Shown: positions 12,197 to 24,599 of the stretch, piece after piece
Layout: each line of letters begins with the position of its first letter
How positions within the stretch are numbered: position 1 is the stretch's first letter
Assembly: GCA_013265495.1 (NCBI GenBank)
Contig: MU058423.1
Coordinates: 8,603,627 to 8,667,626 of the forward strand
DNA length: 64,000 nt
Direction of reading: 5' to 3'
Origin: Vicugna vicugna
Lineage: Eukaryota
Program-made: the position numbers and the translations under genes
Notes under the pieces: generated by a model
Databases searched by the model: none
What the model saw: the letters and a program-made list of their open reading frames with translations, nothing else
Told to the model about the DNA's origin: nothing

Positions 12197-13292
12197 GACC
12201 ACTGCACCCCAATGTTCACAGCAGCACTATTTACAATAGCCAAGACAGGGAAGCAACCTAAATGTCCATCCACAGATGACTGGATAAAGAAGATGTGGTA
12301 TATATACATACAGTGGAATATTACTCAGTTATAATAAAGAATGAAATAATGCCATTTGTAGCAACATGGGTGGACCTAGAAATTATCATACTGTAATCAA
12401 GTCCAAACTCATTCTGCTCACTGCATGACAGGCCAATAAATTGGGAGAGAGATTGTTGGGGCAAAGAATATGACTTTATTTGGAAAGTGGCAGACCAAGA
12501 AGATGGCAGACTAATGTCCTGGTGGACCATCTTCCCAAAGTCAGAATTCAGGCTCCTTTTACACCAAAAAGGGGAGAGGGTAGGCTTGGTTGTTGCAAAC
12601 TTCTTGGTGTAAGAATTCTTTGTTCCTGGAATCCTTTGTTCTTGTAGCTGTGCTCGTGGGTCAGATCATGGTGTCCCTGCAAACCTCTGAAAAACAGACA
12701 TTATTTTCCATTCTGCAACTTGTCATCTTTGTATGAATGGAAAGTGTTAATAGCCTGAAAGGTCAGAGCCTTGAGAACAGGCTCTCCTGTATGTTTTAGG
12801 CTCTAGGCAACATTCTTTTACAAAAGGTGCAGAACCAGCAAGACTAAGCCTAGGGAACAGAGCCCAGGGTTAAAGTCAAAGGAACAACTCCAACACGGCG
12901 TCAGAGTTGTTCTTTTCTATTACAATACTAAGTAAAGTCAATCAGACAGAGAAAGACAAATATCGTATGATACCACAGATATGTGGAATCTTAAAAAACA
13001 TGATACAAATGAAGTTATTTACAAACCAGAAATAGGCTCACAGATATAGAAAACAAACTTACAGTTACCAAAGGGGAGAAGAGGGGGGAGGGATAAATCG
13101 GGAATTTGGGATTAACAGACACATAGTACTATATATATATAAAACAGGTAAACAACAAGGACCTAGTTTGTAGCACAGGGAACAATATTCAGTATCTTGT
13201 AATAACCTATAATGGAGAAGAATCTGAGAAAGAATACATATTTATATATGCATAATATGTATGACTGAACCACTCTGCTACACAGCTGAATC
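12197..13292 (+). mobile_element. L1 ORF2 end/3'-UTR, cetartiodactyl type, split by an LTR; terminal tail missing
   Basis: tgcaccccaatgttcacagcagcactatttacaatagccaagac ... aagaatgaaataatgccatttgtagcaacatgg ... tcagacagagaaagacaaatatc ... agcacagggaacaatattcagtatcttgtaataacctataatgg. Confidence 0.92.
12392..12924 (-). mobile_element. Solo ERV1-class LTR, MER41-like, 533 bp
   Basis: TGTAAT...ATTACA inverted termini; 4-bp TSD ATAC at 12388-12391 and 12925-12928; minus-strand AATAAA near 12475; minus-strand start tgtaatagaaaagaacaactctgacgccgtgttgg resembles artiodactyl MER41-like LTRs. Confidence 0.9.
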
Positions 13293-13339
13293 TGTAGTGG
13301 CTGCTGGGAGTGTAGCATAAGGAAACTTTATAAGGAGAT

Positions 13340-14320
13340 TTCCACTTCCAGTTAGAATTTAGCTAGTTGTGAAAGAACTCTGTTCCTACAGTAACAACAG
13401 GGTAGAAAACCCAAGCAAAATAAAAAAATCATACTCTTCTGTGGGGCTAGACAAGAAAGCGGGACAGAAGGAAGCCTTAAAGAACTAACTTGCAGAGGGA
13501 TATGGGTGCCATCTATTTGATTGGGAGCTGTGGCTGCCTCCATACCTGGGTCGGGCGGGAGGTACCTGTCTTGTGTCCAAATGGATGCAGAAGCTGGCCT
13601 GTCATAGATGGAGAAACAGCATGAATAAGGGTAAATCAGCTAAGGCTTGCCTAAATGACAGAACGGAATAATGAAATAGAATGCCTTATCTGGAAGAGCC
13701 TCATATGCTAAGCAAATTGCTAGGTTTGACAATTCTCTATAACCCCACTCTGAATTTGTGCTGAGAACACAGTGGGTGTTGAGGAGGTGAGAGTGCAGTC
13801 CTTAGCATTCTTGTGGTAATTAGATTCTGGGGCTCTGCCCAATTAAGTCCAAAAAGTGAACCAAATATATCTTAAAATGCAGCACAATTGATTGCCAGCT
13901 TGACTATCAGTGAAATAAAAAAGGCAGAGAGAGGCATGGGAGGATGTAAGTTGGACTAATCACAAATGAGCTCTAAAACAAAAACAGAAACAAAAACAAC
14001 CCCCTGCAATTTCTGATACAAAGAACTGAAAAATGTAACATTTGAAATTAAAATGTTATTGGGCATGTTTGACAGCAGCTAGATCATTGCAGAAAAAAAT
14101 TAATGAACTTAGAAAAAATTTAATAGGAATTATCTAAACTGGAGAAGAGACATAAAATGATTTTAAAAAACAAACAAAGGGTCAGGAATTGTAGGTTAAT
14201 ATCAGATGGTCTAACATGCATGTAATTGGAGTCCCAGAAAGGGAGGGGAGAGACAAGGCGACACAAGAGATACTTGAGGAAAGGGAAGTCATACATTTTC
14301 CAAATACAATGAACTAATAT
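13340..14320 (+). mobile_element. Old L1/HAL1-like 5'-UTR and ORF1 fragment
   Basis: 5'-end-like acttccagttagaat...; ORF1 motif ggtctaacatgcatgtaattggagtcccagaa (SNMHVIGVPE). Confidence 0.75.
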
Positions 14321-14404
14321 ATATTCACTCTGGGTGGTTGGCATATAGGTGTGTTATATTAATACGCATTTTTATTTCATTTTTAAACTTTTAATATTAA
14401 AGAG

Positions 14405-14630
14405 GTCAGTGTTTAAGAGGTTTTGGAAACAGGCTACTGGTGTTTGAATCTCTTCCATAATTATTAGTGGCATCCCTTAGGCAAGTTTCTTTAGCTCTGT
14501 AAGCTCTACCTCCCTCATCTGAAAGCTGGATATAATAGCAGGGTCATTTCATAGAGAGCATTGTGAAATGATACGTATTAAGTTTTTAGCAGTGTTCCTG
14601 GTGCCTAGAAAGAACTCAATAAATGTAAAA
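14405..14630 (+). mobile_element. MIR SINE
   Basis: gtgtttaagag ... tttgaatctc ... ttaggcaagtttctta ... ctcatctgaaagctggatataatag ... agaactcaataaatgt. Confidence 0.85.
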
Positions 14631-15686
14631 TTCCCCTCCTCCTCCTTTTTCTCTTCTCTGTCATCACCTAGGAAATTTTCAGGGAGCAGTCATGTCCATG
14701 TCCATGTCCATGCCCAAAGACCAAGTTCACATCTGATACAGAAAACTGTAACACTTTTTCCTGATCACCCTAATTCAGGACAAAGTTTGCTTCAAATACA
14801 TCATAAATGAGGTACTGTATGTGCATCATCCTCCAGAGAGGGTGAGCCAGACTACAGATGAGAGAGACTGGAATAATCAGGTCTGTCCATATCTGAAGAC
14901 TTACCCTCCAGCCAAGCATACCTCTCTGCTGAATGTACCACACGGCTGGAAAATGGTGCTGAGCAGCTAGCCACTCAGTGACTAAGCTTCTGTTCTGGAG
15001 AGAAAGCAGAACAATTCAAGTAAACGTTCTAGGATATCGTGGCTTCCAGTTTCCTTCCTAAGCAACTTTCACATTTGGTTTGCCTTTCTGGAAGAAAAAT
15101 ACACTGGAGGAATGTCTGCTTGGGCAGTCTAGACCAACTCTGGGCCCCTCCCTGATAGCCAGTCATCTTTTATATTTGGACTATTTTTCTCTGTTACACC
15201 ATCTGGCATCTCTCCATGTGGAAAAATAAGGCTGATTTTCTTGCAGGCACAGCCTTAACATTTTATGCCATTTATTTTGGTTGATTTTTAATTTCTTTAT
15301 TAGGAAAATCTAAATGTCTTCTGAAAATCCAGAAAATTTCAATCCGTTCTTTTTTTTTTTTTCAGATTATTTCTTAAAATGTCAAGGGACAGCAGTTACA
15401 ATTTTTACTCTTGGAGAAACCACTGTTTATACCCTTTTAAGTTACAGTTTATTGCTACTTTAGGTTGTGATCTTTAGACCAGTTTATCAATTCAAACATT
15501 TAAAAATGTATTTAGTTAACAAACTGACCAGACACCTTTCTTGGTGAGGGGATACATTAACGAGTACAACAAAAACATGATGAATATGAACTTGCCTTTG
15601 TTGAGCTTAGAGCCTAATGAGGGAGAACAAGAGCAGAAAAACACCACCACTGAATTGAGGACAGCAGCCTACGAATGATGGCAGAA

Positions 15687-15788
15687 CCAGCACCCACAAT
15701 CGTGTAAGGTCAAGTCCTTGTAACAAATACAAATATCTGTAAAATCTCCTAAAAGTTTGGCTTCTCTGACTGAACCCCGACCAATACA
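15687..15788 (+). mobile_element. MLT2-like (ERVL) LTR 3' end fragment
   Basis: ccagcacccacaatcgtgtaag ... gcttctctgactgaaccccgaccaataca terminus. Confidence 0.7.
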
Positions 15789-17692
15789 AGTATTGAGCAG
15801 GGGTCCACAGGTGCTCCTTACCTGACAAACTCCAAGCAAGGCAGGAAGATGCACACAGGGAAAAATGATCGGTTTGCTCCTTCACGAAACTGGCTGAAGT
15901 AGACATTGAACATGTAGCTGTAGCAGGGACTGGAATAAAAGGGTTTGAAGTAGTACGCAAGAGGTGCCTGACACAACATTCTATAACAAAAAACATATAT
16001 TGGATGCTAGGGAACTACTCAATTCAATTGGGGGAGGGTATACCAAGGGAAAGATTCATGGGTCTCTATCTCTGGAGAATAACGTACTCAAATAAATGTC
16101 AGCACGTTTGTTATAGTAATTTTAACATTCTGGTTTTATCATTATAGCTTGTTCCTTACCTTGGAACATGGTTTCAGTATCCATATTTGGTAAGGAGACC
16201 AATGCTTCTGCTGCTGTAAAAAATAAAACCTGTCGACGTGAAATTGGAATGGATTCAAATGTTCTTAGTTTGGTCTGTGAAACATCAAATCCATAAAATC
16301 AACAGCACAGGCCCTTTTGGAGTTTCCACAGATAGGATGTCTTTTTTGTTTTCTGCACAGCTTCCCAGCACTTCTCTCATAAATGAAGGTTTTAACGCTG
16401 TATTTGTGTTACAACTCTCACCTTCTTTTTCTCTTCTTAACTTATCTTTAGCAACAGGAGGGAATTTGGGGGGCTGTGATAGATGGAAATCAAAAAAGTA
16501 GACTGGGCTTAGCACATATTCATAGTGATGTGTGCAAGGTTTGCAAAATTCTTGCTTGGGTTTTGTCTGCACATAAATATTCATGACATAAACCAATGTG
16601 TACTGTAAACAACCATTTTTATACTATTAAAAAGAAACTATGAAATCAAGTCTTTCACTAACTAGCTTTGTGTCATTGGGTAAATAATGTAAACTCTGGG
16701 CTTCAGCTTCTTTTATACATAATAAGATGTTTTGGTTAAATAAGCTTTCTTCTATTTCAAAAATTCTGTTGTTTAGGCTTTCGTTTTGCAATGAAATTTC
16801 CAGTCAACAAAGAAACCCAGAAAAATATCAGCAAAAGTAACATGATTTCAGTTATTATTATTACTGAGTTTCAAATTTCATTGGTGTTAAAAGTTTGATT
16901 TTAATGGCATTTTGTTAATGGGGTTGCTTATTTTCTCAGCAGCGGGAAAAAGTAACATCCAAATGCTTATACTAGACATATTGTTTTTAGATTTTTATCA
17001 CTTAAAAGCAGCAGGAAAAAAATTCCTTTTTATATCGTCTAAAGGAAATGAAACAATTCACTTCCAGTAGCAATAAATCAGCTAAGTGAAATTTTCTGCA
17101 CACCACACCCCTAGAAGAGTATCTTGAAAGAAACATCAAAACCCTTTTAAAATTCTTTTGGCATCAAAACCCCCATTTTTCTTGGGAAGTTCCCCTGATT
17201 CATGAAATTCAAAAAGTCTAAAGAACAGGATCTGATGAAAATTGAAAGAAAAATCCCCTAATAATTGCATTTAACAATATTGTAAAAGAACAAAGTTTAA
17301 AATCTTAGAGGGTGAGTTAGATCAGATGTGAGACATTCCCAGACCATCTTCTTTGACTCGATTGCTATCAGATACAAAAATAAATTCAATTCGGTATTCA
17401 GGAAGGGCTGCATTTCTCCGTGTAAAATGAAAGCTATTCATACTCTGACAATCATGAAACAGAAGAATGAAAGATAAAGAAGGTGAAGAGGAGGGAAAGA
17501 GAAATTTACCCTGACTATCTTTGCCACCAGTGGCACCATCTATTAAACTTCTGTTTCCCAATCTCCACTGAATATTTCACATACATGATACTTCACGTGC
17601 ATGGGTGGGTAGCTCAGCTTGAGGCTAAGTCCATCCGCTTAAGCAGATCAGTTGTGTCTGAATAGATTTGGGCAAATCTATTTTCAAGAAAG

Positions 17693-18323
17693 TGTTCCCA
17701 GTGCTTAGATTCTTGTCTCGTTGCAGAAAGAATTCAGAGACGGGACTCAGGGGTTAAGAAAGCGGGGATTTATAAGGATGGATAGTACACTGTCAAGGGG
17801 AGAGCCGGCAGGCTCAGGTGAGCAGCTGCCCTGAGTTTCTTTGGCAAGTTGGTTACATACAGTGTAAAAATGAACGGGCAGAATACTCACTGGGGAAGGA
17901 AGGGTTTGGAGTCGTTTTCCCTGATTTTCATCCCAACTCCACCTTCCCAAGGGAGGAGGGATTTTTGTCCTTATTTAGTCCGGATTGGAAATGTCATGGC
18001 GTCAGTGCATGATAGGTACTTCTAATCTGCAAGGCTAATTGTACTGAAATGAGGGCATAATGAGCAAAATGTTACATTAGGACATTGGTGATTCCTGCCT
18101 TTTCCCACCTTTCTTTGTCATCTCCAGGCCACTTGTCACCCCAAAATGTGTGATCTCTTATCAGTTCAGAGGTTCCTGCTTTTCTTTGTTTGCCCAGGGA
18201 CCCTTGTTTACACTACATATGTTTCCTGCATTTGGCCCGGGCCCCTCCTTTTTGCCCAATTCCTGCCATTTGTCCTCTGTCCCCCTTTCTCTGCTCACAT
18301 CTAGCTATATGACTGCTCTAACA
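17693..18323 (-). mobile_element. Solo ERV1-class LTR, ~631 bp
   Basis: TGTT...AACA termini; flanks aaag/aaaa (4-bp TSD with one mismatch); minus-strand start tgttagagcagtcatatagctagatgtgagcag is typical of MER4-group ERV1 LTRs; more GC-rich than its flanks. Confidence 0.8.
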
Positions 18324-19069
18324 AAAATGCTGAGGATCGCCAAGAAAACAACTAGCTGTAAGGAAAGAAGGAACCAGCTATCACTTGCCTAATGCAATAG
18401 CAAAGCCTTAGTCATCAGAAAAGAGGAGAGAGAAGCGTTTGCTCACTCCTCAAGTGACTTCTGCATCACTTGGATTGACGCCTTGCTCGGGGGCCCTGTC
18501 TGGGTCAGGAGAGAGAGCCAAGTGAGGGTGAGAGGGTGTGCCCTAAAAGAGCACTTCCACTAAAGGTGTATCGGAACTCCTTTAATGCAGTGTAACATAA
18601 AATGAGGGAGAGCAACATACCCTCTATGTACCACAATCCAACAAATAGTTTTAGCACCTTGAGGGAGAAGTGTGCAGCAGGTGTCTACAGAGCTCTTTGG
18701 CGGGAGGCAGCAGATGCTTGAGAAGTAGCAGTGTGATCAGCAGGATGTCCTGTGATAACTGATTTGATATATTCAGTAGCATTTCTGGAAATTCACTGTG
18801 ACTTCCAGAAAGTATGTAGGCAAAAAGATGGGTGTATATGTCAGGAGTGGCTAAATGGTCATAACAAACACATCACTTCTATTTACAAGCCAATGATCAG
18901 AAGTCCTAGAGTCTTGCCCAGCAGCAAGTGGGCTGTGGGGGAGGAGATGGTGTCTGTTACCATAAAGGGTGGATGCTGTAGGAAGCAAGTAGGTGAGGGC
19001 AAAGCTAGTGTAATATACTGTTAATCTGACCTCGTTCGTTCCCACATACCAGTGAGACCAGTATGCATA

Positions 19070-19530
19070 ATACTTTGATTTAATCCGTATGACAGTCAGA
19101 GGAAACAGATTCAGAGATGCTAAGTAACTTACTAGAAGTCACACAGCTGCTCAGTTGTCCTTGACTCCAAGACTGTTTTATTATTATTATTATTCCATGT
19201 CTGTCACTAAGCTCTATGCTTTAAAATAACTCTAAACATTTACTGAGTTCCTACTCCATTCTTTACTGTCTTATTTAGTTTTTTCATTACAACCCAGTGA
19301 GGTCAGATTGGTATTATCCTCAACAGGCTCAGAGAAGTCAAGTAACTTGATCTAAGTCACAAAGCCTGAAAGAAGAGATATGGCTTGAGTCCAGATTTTC
19401 TGCCTTCAAGTGGAGGGCTATTTTCAGACGATTGTACCCAGAAAGCTTAATAATTTGTCCAAGGTCACACAACTAGCAAGCAACAGACTGGAATTTGAAA
19501 TCAAATCACACAGCTCCCAGTCTGATCCTT
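19070..19530 (-). mobile_element. Cluster of three MIR fragments
   Basis: Antisense core repeated three times: gattcagagatgctaagtaacttact; gctcagagaagtcaagtaacttga; ttaataatttgtccaaggtcacacaactag. Confidence 0.8.
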
Positions 19531-20429
19531 TTTGCATCATAATGCCTCTCCTTAGTGACGCAGACACTCCATTTATACCTGTCATCAGTGTCATCAATCT
19601 CAGGCTATAAACTTGGTTCACTGCACACTAGTGGTTCATTCAGTGACTGCTACTCTGGAGAATAATAGCTTCTAATAAAAACTTTATTTTCCATTTGAAC
19701 AAGTCATTGAACATCTCTAAAGCAGAACTCCATTATTCTTCACAAATTGAACAGAAATAACTTTTCCATTAATTGTATTAGACATTAAGGACGCAAGTCG
19801 AATGCTTAACTCTAACTCATGGGATGTTTTCGAGGCAGAATCTACGGAGAAAAACCGAAACAATGTCAGAGGGCATCAGTTGAGAAGGAAAGCAGGTAAA
19901 AGCATAACAGGAAAAAAAATTTAAAGGAAGTAGATACTAAATACTGACTAAAGGTTGAGCACAATTATTTTTTCTAAATGTATGTCATGAAAAATGGCAG
20001 GAGGCAGATCCTACGGTAAGAAGGTATTAGGGTGTAGACAGAATCAAAGCAAGGAGGGAAAAACTAGAGGAAGTCAAAAGAGTTGTCTGAATGTCAACTA
20101 ATTTATAGGTTATTTTCATCCGCAAAATCCAGCCCATTTGCAGGTAGCATTTGAGACCTGTCTCAAGTAGATTCAACTTGGTTTACCTGCAAATAGACTG
20201 ATTTCCACATATGAGCTCTTAAAATGCTACTTTGCTTGAAAATAGCCTTTATAACAGGATGTGTTTGTAAGATGACCCATAATAATCTTTCTTCAAATTA
20301 TTGTGAAAACAAGGGATGTTAGACTTAACTTTTACCTTTTTCTCTAAAGAGCCAGCAACTGGCTCCAATCAGAGAAGGCATCAGAATGACTGCCTTTAAA
20401 TCCAAAGTTGATACGGAGGGTCTAGAAAA

Positions 20430-20590
20430 ATGCCCCAACTCTGCCTAGTCTTTAGCATCTCCTGAGGAACCGTCAATAAACGCTGTGCGCGGGCCCCATT
20501 GTCGCAATTCTAATTAAATTGAAATAGGAAGGTCCAAACAATTATGTATATTTTAAAAAAGTATTCCCAGGTAAGCTGGCGTCCAATCTA
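20430..20590. mobile_element. MER5-like MITE, degenerate
   Basis: ttagcatctcctgaggaac ... gggccccat ... aattctaattaaattg ... tatattttaaaaaag ... cccaggt. Confidence 0.55.
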
Positions 20591-22082
20591 CAGCCTTTCA
20601 CTCTCAGTCCTATATGAGTGTGCACTTCTTTGAATAATCAGCCAGCCCACCCAAACAAACACAGCACAAGCTCCCAGCGCTTGGGAGATTAGCCATGTCG
20701 TGCTACGGCTGGTTAGCGTTATTAGTGGGTTTTTTTTTTTTTCAGTTTAATCATTTAGTTATTAGTGTATTCTTAGCAAATGCACATCACGAGTGGCAGT
20801 GAATCACATTTTGCATGTGAGAAATCGTAACAAGTTGGTGTTAAACCTTTTACCTTAATGAACACGGTGAAAACCTTTCCCACATCTTATTGTTAAATTA
20901 AAAGCTTTTATCTTTAGCAATTCTCTCTGTTGACTTCTGTGCCCTCCCTTGCACCGGGTTTGATGGCACTCAGCCTCAGCACGTCTACTGTCTTTGTTTT
21001 CGTATTCATCTATTCCTTTGTAATGTGGTAATTAGTTTAAAGATGAAAGTCACTCCCGACTGAGTTTAGTACCGAGCTATTATTACCGCCGGCTAATGCA
21101 CCTCTGGAAGACTGTGCACGGCAAAACAGAAGAAAGTTTTTCTCATGCACTCTCATTGGTTTATTATTACAATTAGGGGAATGCTGTGCAAAATGTATCT
21201 CTTAAGCATAAATGAAAGTAGAGATGGGGGAAACGTCAAGAATACAGAGAAGAAAAACAGTGAGTTTTCAGAGAGCAATTACTAAGCCTACGTCATTTTA
21301 TGACTCAGAAGAGCGGGGTCTGGCACGCCCTCCTGGTCCACTGGTGGAGGCGGAGCGTCTGGAATGCCACGCGTCTTCTGAAGTGACACGCAAAATACTG
21401 CGTGTGCGTATGTGCCACTTTCGGGAGACAGATACTTCGACCTTCGCCAAAGGCTTATGAGTGAGGCACCTACAAACTGGTTTGAAGGAACATTCTTTCC
21501 TCAAATCTTCTCCTTCTTATCAGTAACTGACACTGACTTTTAGACTACTCTTCATTTAGGATCTCTCTGCTGGTACAAGCCATACGTACTTGGTACGTTT
21601 CTTCATTGTGTCCCCGCGAGAATTCCGAATTAACAAATACTGGAATCAGGCTTGCCTCTTATGTACACAGGCCACCAGGGCCAGGATCTTAATTTCCTGA
21701 ACAACTGCTGCAACGTCTCTTCCTTCTCTGCCAGTACTGCCTCTGGTGAGGCTGTCTTCATCTTTTTTTTTTCCCCAGACTTTTTTGCATGTCTGTGTGG
21801 TTGGTAGGTGCACCTGCTGGCTGGGTACCATGGAAGCTTAGCGCCTACCCAGGTCCAGGCTCTTGTCCCTTGCTCTATGGAGGAGTAGGTTGACATCCTT
21901 AATGAGAGGGCAGGGCCTCAGTTCTCCCGAGTGAGTGGGAAGGTAGAAGACGGCCCTCTCTCGTTATTTCTTAACACTGGGTCAGGATCTATCCATTTAT
22001 TCATCCATGGCTCTATTCTCTTGCATAGAGAATTCTCTGTTCTCTATTTCAGTTCTTTTGGAATGCATTTGTATGTGTATGA

Positions 22083-22139
22083 GTGTGTGTGTGTGTGTGT
22101 GTGTGTGTTTGTTTGTGTGTGTGTGTGTATGTGTATGTA
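22083..22139. repeat. (TG)n microsatellite, interrupted
   Basis: Directly visible GT run. Confidence 0.95.
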
Positions 22140-22304
22140 GAGGGCGTGGTCTGAGAAATCAGGCTGGAGGAATGGGCCTTTAATGCATTTTCCTGATAAT
22201 CAGGGCTCAATGCCAGACTGGTTACACAAAGATCCCTGACATTTAAAGCAAGTTGTAGCCTTCAGCTCTATACATAGGAGACTGATGCCATCTGCCATGT
22301 CAAT

Positions 22305-22550
22305 AATAATTGTTCTTATTTATTGAGCTCACTGTATATCAGGCATTAATTTATATTATCTCATTTAATCTCTACAAGAATCCTCTGAGATAGGCCCAAT
22401 TATTATTCTCGATTATCATCTACAGATAATGAAATAATGATGTAGTGTAACCAAGTAATTTGGGTGTCATACAGCTAGCGACTGGTTGAGTTGGGATTTA
22501 AACAGAGGTCTGTCTGACTCCAGAGCCTCCATGATCATCAGTATTAACTA
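22305..22550 (-). mobile_element. MIR SINE
   Basis: atttattgagctcactgtatatcaggca ... tctcatttaatctctacaagaatcctctgagatagg ... tgtctgactccagagcc. Confidence 0.9.
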
Positions 22551-24599
22551 CAGGTCATCTGTAAGGACCCAGAGTCTCCAAGGAAGGTAGTCACAATCAG
22601 AGAAAGGTTAGTCATTGTGAGCTTGAGGCCTGGGGAATACAGCATTAGTTATATATTTCTCATGGATATTTATGAAATACTTTCCAGTATCAAGAACAGT
22701 GAAATTACTAATTTTGATGTGGGCTTAGCCACCAAAACCAACAACAGCAAACAATATCTTTAATCACTACAGACCTTGAAATCATCTAAATGTCCCCTTC
22801 AGAACATCCACAATTATTTGTCTGCTCATCACAATTACAGTGACTTTTCCTCAAGGAACAGCTTTTTAAAATTAAGTTCAATTACTCTTTACTTTTTAAA
22901 TTATTAATATCAGAAGCTGTCATGTTCTATTACCCGCCTATACTTAAGTGACTCTGCTTTAACACTGACGATTATGTGCCCAGCTATGTTGGACATGATA
23001 TCCATTTCGTCTTGGGATATGATCTAAAAATTATGGGACGTCTTCTTACTTTGTTCTCCATAAACTATATCTCATGTCTGCCACTAGATTACAAACTTGG
23101 TCTTCTGTAGTCAGTAACAAGGAGCTACTAGGTGCTAAAGTAATTTTGCAGCGATTTTAAAATTGTAATAACAACTCTCACTAATTTGAACGGCCATTCG
23201 TGAACTTTGTATTTTGCTTTTTTTTTTTTTTTTGGAGGGATATGTGCCAGCCACTACGAAGATAAAGACCTCATAGTTTTTCTACAGGAAGTCAGTGATA
23301 AAGTTTTTATGTCCCTGGAATATTTTCCAAAGAAACTTGATCACCTAGTAAAATTTATTTTAAAAACCATGATATTACTAATCAAAATAAGACATCTAGT
23401 TACCTAATACACTTCACAATATCTCATAAAGCCATACTTTTATTATCAGTAATTAATGGAGAAAAGGGAGAATGAATGTGAAGTCTGTGACATGAAAGTG
23501 ACATAAAGTAGTTTCTTGAGAAATCAAGTGGCCTGCCTTTAAATGAGTGACCTTGTGGAAACATTAGTGCCCAACAGCCACTTATTTCTGTACATTGTTA
23601 CATGCTCTAACCTATGTATGAGGTAATCACCTCAGAGTCTAATCTCAAGTGATCATAAAACAAGAAATGCCCTTTTCTGCTGTGATTTTTTAGCTTTTCT
23701 ATAGTCCTGCTTCTCTAGAAGAATCACCTTTTTTTGAAGCCTACTTATAATAGAATCCCTCTTCTCATTTCTCACTGTTAGAATCTTCAAAGGGCACTTA
23801 GGGAGATCCTGACTGTCCCACACGAACAGGGATCAATCAGCACTGTGTCACTGGAATTCCATCAAATTGTACAAAATGATTGAAGTGATAAGCCTACACT
23901 AGAGCTATGGGTGTGCAACCCTTTGTGACAGAATGATTACTGCCTTCATGTTTCTGGAACAGAGTCACAGCCTTATTCCTACAAATACCCAACAATTTAA
24001 ATAATTGAGCCTGTGAGCTCTTTTCTGAAAGTATGTCCCATAAGTTCTTTTCACAAGCATCAGCAATCTGTTAAAAATCCATGGTGTCAGCTCCTCGTTC
24101 TGTTGTTATAGCAACCATCACACCATAGACATATGCAAAGAAGGGAACACCACCTAACCAGTAACATCAAATTGTCATGACAATTGCTATGTTAAATACA
24201 AAATGACAAACCATTTTCTAACTGCCGAAGCATAAAATCAAGATAAAACCATACTTTCAGATCTCCTTTTGCAAATATGGATAATGGTGATGGTGGTGGG
24301 TGTGGGTAATACGTGATGGGACTGGAAGGGGAGATTGGAAGAGATAAGAGATGAGCATATGAGACCCTTATGTAAGATGAGCTTAACTGTTCAAGAGTTA
24401 AAAACCAGTGTTAACTGAGGCTACCCAGGCATTGAGAGACTACTAATCATAAAGTGGTCAGCTACCATGCAGGTATAAAATATGAGATCCGAGTTTTAAC
24501 CGTCTAATAAAAAAGCTCACCTCTTATGTGCATCTTTCGGTTTGAAGGGGATGTTTGTCAAGTATCCCTCATGGCTTCTCTGATGCGTTGTTCCACTAA

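Noticed and set aside
14691..14712. (CATGTC)n short repeat giving HVHVHVH
   Set aside because: Ordinary hexamer slippage repeat.
18750..18762. ctgtgataactga matches the 3' part of mature miR-101
   Set aside because: Only 13 nt, lacking the seed (TACAGTA) and any complementary hairpin arm.
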